Shown here: piece by piece, positions 30,001 through 37,476 of the stretch | Numbering within the stretch: the stretch's first letter is position 1 | How the letters are laid out: every line of letters starts with the position of its first letter | DNA from: a virus | Lineage: Duplodnaviria; Caudoviricetes | Virus record (IMG/VR): IMGVR_UViG_3300045580_000309 | Coordinates: 1 to 57,982 of that record | Direction: 5' to 3' (one strand) | Length of the DNA stretch: 57,982 nt | Notes under the pieces: model-generated | What the model was told of the DNA's origin: nothing | Database searches by the model: none | The model's input: only the letters and a program-made list of their open reading frames with translations | Position numbers and translations under genes: made by a program

Positions 30001-30385
30001 TTGGTTTTCTTACCTTTGGTTCGTCTAGGTCTAGTTCTGGCGGAGTTTCAGTCAGAACGCCTGGAGTATCGCTGATAAAGTAAACTGTGTTTTCTGCAAC
30101 AGTTCCAACAGGACCAGTAACCGCAGTTGCGATTGGTAGAGATATCGTGCCTCTATACACAACATCGAATCTGTAAGCATCTTTTACATCTACCACACCA
30201 ACTGCTTCAGAAGAGCCAGTTAGATTCAGATACAGCCAATCCGAAAGTTTCCACTCGGATTCAGTACCGTCAAAGTACACTACCTGACCTGTAGTAAATC
30301 CGTGCCCGCGACGACGATAGTTGTCTCTAGAACGAATAGTATCAGGAGCAAATCCTTTGGATAACTGAAATGCGCTCTTATCCAT
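27095..30385 (-). CDS. Tail-collar adhesin paralogue B (~1096 aa)
   Basis: Collar motif IPVGTI...GWLLCDGSSYSASEYPDLFRVIG...FKVPDF; NGSFDVWQRG...YTADRW...LSFWAR...CQAYYE. Start moved from 30427 to 30385 (MDKSAF): TAATG overlap, upstream GGAGG, and the MxxSA start shared with paralogues. Confidence 0.8.
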   Translation of the reverse strand: MDKSAFQLSKGFAPDTIRSRDNYRRRGHGFTTGQVVYFDGTESEWKLSDWLYLNLTGSSEAVGVVDVKDAYRFDVVYRGTISLPIATAVTGPVGTVAENTVYFISDTPGVLTETPPELDLDEPKVRKPILVTLGTNASGEIDALVVNYRGYVEDTEGCVAFVQNIIPVGTIEIVPGGLPQPTDLEGWLLCDGSSYSASEYPDLFRVIGYSYGIGTGGTSTFKVPDFSTQRNILLGSSAGFGYPISPTGGDADVELLPGEGADVGAGTGFASVSADKNRQAAYHANFYIRYKAVERYVNIETCNGAGGAIRNWAVNGSFDVWQRGTDFAPQQLTGSDQLADLNRYTADRWFRKVGYCPDPFGATGTGEDSPSAYVGVCKRKSFAQIDASLPDSLLKQFPSHYMEYQSYISGPGADTSLEYCVLENRIGDVKSLSGETVCLSFWARSGLGRTSTVYLNLKQHFGYDVPESTPNLLRSAAVGSSEVAWYVGEENQAPIGIAAINSKISDELSYPAISGSLFVGVPDVPRPYVGWNHGYEGVSGTASSETFSADSSAKGSVGAVSDFINAPDTKQVAEVLGKSITYIDDTPAIGLPVVSAPPGKYPVAATLADESGLEVLSPDVFLKNTQTTANTKAEAFRAVAADIVVAGTDTVNSETNQSVSVIVTVDCVPSPYCTNCTGIIKSIAVADSEIYSSEPIDPCEATQTSTGHYAVAPGSTSSTTRVAVPLSASHFSMFEEYSTGAVSTLNSDVIAAIYNHILSDLSASPACRCEEVSFRVGTVTEACNGMSVPQNYDPTNTLGICCTVTIGSTTVGESGAFYVSHTRTENSTVHDCAAAGGQFISYGAIEYFSQFETTQCGVTEDQCSEFVAIQLTPEWQQYEVVFRVPSVNNRYIGNSGTDYLALQLWTHLSNGYCRAYSQAEIPPRDRLGEDFGTVECTENSMCEPCVSVFPFSFSNTDMLHLAQFQLQTGSEFTGFVKPDRIELVEQCQAYYETNSCVGRGEFLGDRGGSFVYETAFKREKICKQPRAIISSFRTGNTGFSGIDIDTTSITAKGFTVNIDTVDENSAYLAFTYDCDCDIYRPEELQYLNRQLEWDAV

Positions 30386-33300
30386 TACGGTACTTCCTCC
30401 CAAGCGCATACCCAACTGGTTCCGCAATACGGATCATTTGGACAATCTGTTTCATACAGATCGCAGTCCATCTCGTATTCGATGTACGCAGCGCAAACGC
30501 TCTGTTCTACCGTGGTTGGAGTCACTTCCAAATTTAACACCGCGCTTTCCTGATTGAAACAGTCTACTGTAAGTGTATCTAGGGTGCATCCTGTTACTCC
30601 GTCAGTATCGTAGTAACCTTGAATCTTCACGCACGGTTCTCTGAGAGTACGCTTTGGAACCATGTATGTAAGAGAATCGTAGAAATTTGTCGGAGATGAT
30701 GTGGTATTTGTACTACCACCCATAGCAAAGTATCCGTCTTTTTCAAAGAATCGCTGACACTTCTTTAACTCTTCCAAGTAGTCGGTTTCCTGAAACGGTA
30801 CTGAAGTTTTGCCACGGATCAGTTGCACTCCTGTAAGATGAACAACACCTTCGTAGTTAAAGTCTGCGTCAAACAGTACAGGCAAGCAGCAGTTGGTTAC
30901 ACACTCAAATGGCTCTCTTGGAGTCGGGGACGGAGTTGGTGTAACTGGACTAGAAGTTGGTGTTGGTGTAACTGGACTAGAAGTTGGTGTTGGTTGTGGA
31001 GTTCTACTACTAGTTACAGATGGAACAGGCGTTGTAGATTCACTTGGACTAGGACTTGGTGGTGTAGATTCTGGCGGTGGAGTTTCTGTTGCTGTTGGAG
31101 TTGGTGTTTCTCCTCCACCACCTAAACCACCCCATTCTCCATGAGTGCAGGCGCCAGTTACTGGATCGCGTGTCTGACAGCACGCGCAAAGTGCATCAAT
31201 AACTTCTGCATCTGTTGGATTTCCAGGCATTGCACCTTGACATCCACAACTTCCAAGTTTAATACAGTCTGGATCATTTCCATTTTGTGCTGCACAGGTT
31301 AGATTTGATGGTGCGGGATCGTATTGTTGCCCTCCTAACGGGGCAGGATAGCAACCGATTGGAGGACTGTTGAGATTGCAGCAACTATTTCCAGATGCAG
31401 GAGGTGTCGATGAATTTGCTTCACCAAAGCATAGATTTCCGCACCGATTTGTGTCTAGTTGAGCAACAGCGTTTCCTGCGCCTGGATCGGTTTCGCAACT
31501 ACCCACATGATTTGTGTCCTTTTCCCATACTATCCATTTTAGTCCGCTACAGCAAGAAATATTACTGGCGCAAGCGCCAGTTGCTCCGCATGGAGAACAT
31601 CCTGCACTAGCACAGCAAGTTGGTGCTTGAACTATGCAATACCTGACTACTGTTCCTCCGCCACCTCCGCCACCTCCTCCAGTTCCAGGTCCTCCTGGAC
31701 CCAAAGGCAGGATATCTGATTCTGGCGGAGGAGTAGCAATCACATCCCATACTTCAGGATTTGGAGTACCTGTACACGCTCCTGCAAAGTACATGGTCCA
31801 AAACTGAACACCCAAGAAACTGTTTGCGCCAATGTATCCGTCTGCTGGCTTTGATTCCTGTACTGGAGGAATGTCCAGTTCAATTTCATATTTGCGCCAG
31901 TTGGCACTAGAGTCTAATCCTATCTGCACAGGAGCAGAGTACGCATCATCCAAGATGCCTCTGTTTCCTGCAAAGTGTTGACGAAGTGTTAGGTAGATTG
32001 ATCCAGTTACAGTTCCTCTTGCCCAAAAACTCAGAGTAACCGTTTCTCCGCTGAGAGTTCTTACATCTTCAATTCTGTTTTCCAGATAGTGATAGGTTTC
32101 TCTATCTTCTATCAATCCTGTGGACGGATCAGTTACTTCGTAAGTCACATCACCAACGACATTTTCTGCACTCATCAAGGTTCCTTGAAACTGTGCGTAA
32201 GATGTAATGTCGTCTTGCAGATCAATGGCAAGATTGTCTTGACCTGTTGATTGACCAGGCGCTAGAGGAACAGGAAACGAGCCAGGATTATAGCGTCCGT
32301 ACTTGACACCCTTTTTCAACAGATGGTATGAGCCTAATGTGGGAGGCTCAATAGGAGCAGACACGCTGAAATCTTGAAACCACCTGTCTGCTGTGTATTG
32401 TGGTTGTACTGATGCCGATTGGATGGTTCTAGAGAATTCTTTTCCTCTCTGCCACACCAAAAACGCACCGTTTACAACCACATTGTCGTTTAGACCAACA
32501 GGAACAACTGGAGAGCAACATTCGTTTATGAAACTACCGCAATCAACTGCCTTGGTCTTTATGGCAAACACAACCTTAGTTGCGTCTGCACGGACATCTA
32601 CGGTTGCGCTGAAGTCTGTACCGCTGGCAACATCAGAACCAGTATTCAGTTCTGCTGTATTTGATCCGCTGTAGTCACCCAACTCATACTGTACCTGTGG
32701 ATTTGAGTCCCAAACTTCGATGGTTCCTGCGCCCTTTACTGTTCTGTTTCTCAGGTTAGGAACAAAGAACAGCGAGTCCACGCCTGGTAGAAACGGCGCT
32801 CTTACCTTTACAGAGTACTCAACGCCTTCTGTATAACTGGTAACGCCTGGAATCGGATTAGAGATATCGTGAATGACTCGCAGAGTGTTTTCGTCTACAA
32901 TCGCGTCAATGATTACTGCTCGTTCTTGACGAGAAGTGCTAGACTCCAACTTAATGTTGAGCGGTTCGCCTATGATTGCAACGCTAACATCAATGCCTTC
33001 ATCCGAAAAGTCGAGAAGAAAGTAACCATCGTTTGCTCTGCCGTCTCCTGAAGGTGCATCGGTATCAACTGAAAACTTTGCAGGCACACGAACGCTACCG
33101 CCAATGGCATTACCCAACTGAGAGTACTGTGCAGTTGTGCATAGTCTTCCGTCACAGACAATCCAAGACTCGGGAACGCTCTCTTGCATGAAAGCACCGA
33201 TAGCACCAACCTTCTGCACATCCTGTATACGAATAAACTCGTCTGGCAAACTTTCCATTGTGCTACCGATGTAGTTAACCACTACTGCACGGGTGCTGTC

Positions 33301-33834
33301 CAAGCCAATCAACATTGGCTTTACCACGGTCATTTGCTGCTTGCCTCCAAACTCTAGAGGACTTTTAGCAATGAGTTTGCCTTCTTCGCCTGGAAACGGA
33401 CTCAGGTAATACACACCACCTGGCGTGTATGTCTGTGGTACTGAGTCGGTTCCCGTGAGAAACGAATTCTGATCGTAGTCTAGATCAGTTGTATCGGGGA
33501 TAGTGATTTCTCCACGAAACACCACGCTGAAGAAATGCCTAGGATCGTTGCATTCTGTTTCTGTTTGGGTTCTGTGATCGAAAGCATACGATGGAATTGC
33601 TCTGCGCTGATAGTCAGCGGATGCCAGGGTGTCATCGCTGCCTCTGTAGCCAGTATGACTGATTACACCAATCGCTTCTGCATTAATGGTATCGCTTGCA
33701 GATGCCAAGACCCATTCTGTACCATTCCAACGCACAACATCTCCAAACTGGAATGTGTGATCCCGTTGGTAAATCTTGGTGCGTCGGTATGCTCTACCGT
33801 CCCAGTATGCTCTATGAAACGCGCTTACACCCAT
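30385..33834 (-). CDS. Tail-collar adhesin paralogue A (1149 aa)
   Basis: Collar motif VGAIGAF...PESWIVCDG...YSQL..AIG...FFVPNLR; NGAFLVWQRG...YTADRW...TLSFWARG...VQL...CQRFFE; Gly run, Cys-rich insert and PT linker. Confidence 0.8.
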   Translation of the reverse strand: MGVSAFHRAYWDGRAYRRTKIYQRDHTFQFGDVVRWNGTEWVLASASDTINAEAIGVISHTGYRGSDDTLASADYQRRAIPSYAFDHRTQTETECNDPRHFFSVVFRGEITIPDTTDLDYDQNSFLTGTDSVPQTYTPGGVYYLSPFPGEEGKLIAKSPLEFGGKQQMTVVKPMLIGLDSTRAVVVNYIGSTMESLPDEFIRIQDVQKVGAIGAFMQESVPESWIVCDGRLCTTAQYSQLGNAIGGSVRVPAKFSVDTDAPSGDGRANDGYFLLDFSDEGIDVSVAIIGEPLNIKLESSTSRQERAVIIDAIVDENTLRVIHDISNPIPGVTSYTEGVEYSVKVRAPFLPGVDSLFFVPNLRNRTVKGAGTIEVWDSNPQVQYELGDYSGSNTAELNTGSDVASGTDFSATVDVRADATKVVFAIKTKAVDCGSFINECCSPVVPVGLNDNVVVNGAFLVWQRGKEFSRTIQSASVQPQYTADRWFQDFSVSAPIEPPTLGSYHLLKKGVKYGRYNPGSFPVPLAPGQSTGQDNLAIDLQDDITSYAQFQGTLMSAENVVGDVTYEVTDPSTGLIEDRETYHYLENRIEDVRTLSGETVTLSFWARGTVTGSIYLTLRQHFAGNRGILDDAYSAPVQIGLDSSANWRKYEIELDIPPVQESKPADGYIGANSFLGVQFWTMYFAGACTGTPNPEVWDVIATPPPESDILPLGPGGPGTGGGGGGGGGTVVRYCIVQAPTCCASAGCSPCGATGACASNISCCSGLKWIVWEKDTNHVGSCETDPGAGNAVAQLDTNRCGNLCFGEANSSTPPASGNSCCNLNSPPIGCYPAPLGGQQYDPAPSNLTCAAQNGNDPDCIKLGSCGCQGAMPGNPTDAEVIDALCACCQTRDPVTGACTHGEWGGLGGGGETPTPTATETPPPESTPPSPSPSESTTPVPSVTSSRTPQPTPTSSPVTPTPTSSPVTPTPSPTPREPFECVTNCCLPVLFDADFNYEGVVHLTGVQLIRGKTSVPFQETDYLEELKKCQRFFEKDGYFAMGGSTNTTSSPTNFYDSLTYMVPKRTLREPCVKIQGYYDTDGVTGCTLDTLTVDCFNQESAVLNLEVTPTTVEQSVCAAYIEYEMDCDLYETDCPNDPYCGTSWVCAWEEVP

Positions 33835-33856
33835 ATTGGAAACCTCACTCTATCTA

Positions 33857-36856
33857 TTATGGCCAAGTCGATAGTGCTACGCGCTTCCAACTGTTTGTAC
33901 CGATGCAGATGTAAAGATGTGTACTGTCTGCTCTGATTTCGCCTGCTACTCCAGTACTTGTGGTAGTGGCAGGAACTGCTGTACTAGGCAATCTCAGCGC
34001 GGAGTTTTCCCACATCTGTGTTGTGGCATTCCAATGAAGCACTTGTCTGTCTGTGACCTGATCTACACCTGTGATGGGAGCATCAACATCGCGGAGATCG
34101 TCAATACGAAGTACTGGATTCTCTTGGAAGTAGTCTCCATTCACCACGCCCTCGTAGTTGGTGACTAGCAACTGAGAAGCGTTGACTGCCAGAGCAATAG
34201 GCTTACGAATGTATCCCACATCAAGTGGTTCGCAATCCACTAGCGTTCCACCTGTGATTGGATTCAAGAAGTATACCGATCCTGGCGTAATTGCTGCTAG
34301 ACCGCACATTCCTGAGGTCCAATCAATCAGATTGCCAGTTGCAACTAGCCATCCTTCTGAGGAAGGAGAACCACCGCCGATGCTGCAAGCACTTCCTCCA
34401 CCAGTAACCAGTTGTACGATGATTCCTAGTACTTCTGCGTTGTCTCGGGTATCTGCACTGGCAAGGAAAACCTCTCCAGTAGAGTCAATACCAACAACAT
34501 CACCAACATCAAAATCTGTGTAGTTTTGAGCGCCTGTTACAGGTACAAAGATTCTGTCTTGCTGAGAATGATCTATTACACCAAACTCATTGCTTATGAC
34601 AACGCTGTTTGGAGAAGTTCCACCGTTCGCAGAGAACTGCGGCGAGCAAGACAGATTGTGAATGTAGATGCCACCGCATGGAAGAATGCTGAGAGCAGGC
34701 ACATAACCAGTACTACCGTCTACAACTCCACCTGTAACAAATCCAAAGTTCAACAGTCCGTTGTCAGAAGCGTCTAAGCAATGTGATCCAGTAACAGTAG
34801 TTGCGTCTGTAAACTGGTTAAGTCTCCAGTAGTTGTGTGATCCACTAGAATTGTTTGCGTAGTTTGTGCTTGCAGCAATATTCAGAGGAGTCAGAGCATG
34901 GTAGTTGCTGTCTATAGTAAGGTTCTGATTCAAAGTCCATGAATCTGTTCCATTCGCCCATAGGATTGTTTTGTCTCCCTCAGAAGACTTCAGGATGATT
35001 CCACCGCCGTTTACATCAATATCGGTGCCTGCTTGTCCGCGAATAGCAGTAATAGTAAAGGTTACACCGCTGCGAGTAGTGTATGCCGCTCCCACTTCAA
35101 ACGGAACATCGTTGAATGCTCGTAGTTTAAGAGTTGCTGTGCTACCAACAATGTTGCTGACCTGTAGTAGCGTTGCGCGAGAATATTCGGTGCCTGTTAG
35201 TTCTGGCTGTAGCGAGGTTCCTACATCGTCGTTGTGGATCAGTTGTCCACCGCCATCGGTGTCTGCTGAATTGTATCCAGGACCTCTGTTCAGATAGTCG
35301 CCAGTAACAAAGTCATACGCTTCAGTACTGTATGTGGTGTCTCTTGCGTATGTGTTGTATACCGTGTGGTTCTGAACTACCAGTTCGCCGGTTATTCCAA
35401 AGTAAGAATTACCAGGCGATGTGCCGTCTGTTTCACTACCGCTGACTTCATAGTAGTACGAGTCTCCATCAGGATCGTGACTCATACCAGTTACTAGATT
35501 TGCAGCAGTACCCGACACAAGAGTGATATCAAACTCCATGAATGGAGTTGCGCCCAGTTCAATAGCCTTGTCGTCTATGGTGAGTTTGGTTGCATTGATC
35601 TCCATTGCGGGAGATTCAAAGTAAACCTTACCAGTAAAGCGGTGGTCGCCCGCGACCGTAAACGGCAGCAGATTTTCTGCCTTTACCTTGAAGAGACTTG
35701 CTGCCGTATTGTCAGGATCAATGCCTCTGCGAGATGGAGTGCCGTCTTCGTTGACGAACCGCTCAAACACAAACAAGTCGGTTTCTTTAACTTGATTCCT
35801 AGATTTTCTGTCTTCAAACTGATCTAGTGTACCTGTGACTTCTACTTCAGGTAAACCAAAGATATCAAGTACAATCTTTCCGTCAGCGCAGTCTTGTGGT
35901 AGACCTCCGCTTGGTACGGTTGGTGGGAAGATTCTTAGACCAGGACCAACATCCGCTTCAAGATACAGGATTCCATTGGAGTTTGGAATCAGTTCCTTGA
36001 TGCCTCCAAGTGGCTTTATGTCGTACACGCGCAGAGGATCAACAGCAGCAATGATGTTGTTTGTTGCTGTATACCATTCGTAGAAGGTATCACCAAGAGA
36101 CAGAGGACTTAGCGGAGTTTGCCACGGTCTTTCTCTTGGACCGCACGCTCCCGTGACTTCGCAATCAAAACCTTCCAATGAACCAACAATGACAATCTTT
36201 CCACCAATGATCTCTGTATCAGGATCATCTGTCTTATGACGATAGTACAGAACATCTGGTCCGCAAGCGGGAACACGGAATGCTAGATTCGGACAAGGAC
36301 TGCATCCACCTCCTCCGCACGGAGAGTTTAGACAACTGCCTACTGCACCAAGTGCTGGCAAATATTCGGCAGAGTATCCAATCGAAGTTGCATCTCTGTA
36401 GACTATAGCACCGTCTTCGGGGTCTGAACCTGTAAGCACATATTCAGATTCGCCGTTTGGTGAAGTTGAAATAACGATTGGATACGCTGCGTTAGATGAG
36501 TCTTGCTGTCTGAATACAACCCATTGTCCGCGTAACACATAAAGCGTGCTTCCAAATCCACAAGAAATAGTATCTGAAGTGTCGTAGTGATCGCCAGAGA
36601 TTGGAGCAGGCCATCTGATAAAGAAAGAATCTTCTAGAGTGGTTCCTGAGTTGGATGTGTCTTTGCGAACAAAGACATCAACCAAGAAAGCATTGCCTGT
36701 AACATAGTTGTCAAATGTCGCTACTCCTGTCAGACCAGTAGTAGAATCATCACACCTGCAAAGTTGAAGTGGAGCGCCTGGTTCAGGTGTTGGTGTTGGT
36801 GGCGGAAACGGAGGTTCGCAGTTTCCTGTTATGTTAATATCTGGGCAGGTTGACAT
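33857..36856 (-). CDS. Modular fibre-like virion protein (999 aa)
   Basis: DTFYEWYTATN.II motif; IDDKAIELG...GGGIILK...DKTILW fibre motif; one copy of the domain that starts the collar paralogues; IDDLRDVD repeat; C-terminal G.AGEIR.D...LYIC...NSWKRVALSTW. Confidence 0.7.
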   Translation of the reverse strand: MSTCPDINITGNCEPPFPPPTPTPEPGAPLQLCRCDDSTTGLTGVATFDNYVTGNAFLVDVFVRKDTSNSGTTLEDSFFIRWPAPISGDHYDTSDTISCGFGSTLYVLRGQWVVFRQQDSSNAAYPIVISTSPNGESEYVLTGSDPEDGAIVYRDATSIGYSAEYLPALGAVGSCLNSPCGGGGCSPCPNLAFRVPACGPDVLYYRHKTDDPDTEIIGGKIVIVGSLEGFDCEVTGACGPRERPWQTPLSPLSLGDTFYEWYTATNNIIAAVDPLRVYDIKPLGGIKELIPNSNGILYLEADVGPGLRIFPPTVPSGGLPQDCADGKIVLDIFGLPEVEVTGTLDQFEDRKSRNQVKETDLFVFERFVNEDGTPSRRGIDPDNTAASLFKVKAENLLPFTVAGDHRFTGKVYFESPAMEINATKLTIDDKAIELGATPFMEFDITLVSGTAANLVTGMSHDPDGDSYYYEVSGSETDGTSPGNSYFGITGELVVQNHTVYNTYARDTTYSTEAYDFVTGDYLNRGPGYNSADTDGGGQLIHNDDVGTSLQPELTGTEYSRATLLQVSNIVGSTATLKLRAFNDVPFEVGAAYTTRSGVTFTITAIRGQAGTDIDVNGGGIILKSSEGDKTILWANGTDSWTLNQNLTIDSNYHALTPLNIAASTNYANNSSGSHNYWRLNQFTDATTVTGSHCLDASDNGLLNFGFVTGGVVDGSTGYVPALSILPCGGIYIHNLSCSPQFSANGGTSPNSVVISNEFGVIDHSQQDRIFVPVTGAQNYTDFDVGDVVGIDSTGEVFLASADTRDNAEVLGIIVQLVTGGGSACSIGGGSPSSEGWLVATGNLIDWTSGMCGLAAITPGSVYFLNPITGGTLVDCEPLDVGYIRKPIALAVNASQLLVTNYEGVVNGDYFQENPVLRIDDLRDVDAPITGVDQVTDRQVLHWNATTQMWENSALRLPSTAVPATTTSTGVAGEIRADSTHLYICIGTNSWKRVALSTWP

Positions 36857-36894
36857 CGGGTATTCCTATGCTATGCGGCTATGAATTAGGATTC

Positions 36895-37473
36895 TCAAAG
36901 ATTCGATGGTGAAGGTGTTACTGTTGGAGTTGGTGTCTTTGTCGCCGTAGGTGTTGGAGTCGGAGTCGCAGCAGCAGACTGAGAAACTTCAAATATGCGT
37001 GTTGGTGTAGGTGTAACCGAGCGAGTTACTGAAGGAGTTACTGTCTTTGTAGGTGTTGGAGTTACTGTTCTAGTAGGTGTTGGTGTTGGTGAGCAGATTG
37101 GATAGCATCCAACCAATCTTGCAACAGTTGCTTCTAGTTCTGCTACTCTTGCCGTGAGATTTTCTATGGTGTCTACAGATAGTCTACTTGATGTCTTTGC
37201 TGCTCGTTTCGCTGCAATGGCAGCGACTGTTGCAGTATCTGGCACACTCTGTAATCCAGTACCAGTATCCAATCTTACAAAACCGCTCTCTTCGGCAACT
37301 GCTAGTGTTGCTTGAGTGGCATTTGATGCCGATGCAATGTGATCGCTTACTGTTACTACTGAACCAGTTTCATCTGATACAGCAACTACCACGGAAACAG
37401 TAGCGGTAGACTCCACGCCAAGAGTGGTTGTGGTGGTTTGTTGGGTTAGTTTTGGGTTTGTCGATGCTGCCAT
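36895..37473 (-). CDS. Hypothetical virion protein (192 aa) with short coiled coil and Thr-Pro tail
   Basis: IENLTARVAELEATVARL heptads, then CYPIC and (TP)n repeats. Confidence 0.7.
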   Translation of the reverse strand: MAASTNPKLTQQTTTTTLGVESTATVSVVVAVSDETGSVVTVSDHIASASNATQATLAVAEESGFVRLDTGTGLQSVPDTATVAAIAAKRAAKTSSRLSVDTIENLTARVAELEATVARLVGCYPICSPTPTPTRTVTPTPTKTVTPSVTRSVTPTPTRIFEVSQSAAATPTPTPTATKTPTPTVTPSPSNL

Positions 37474-37476
37474 GTG

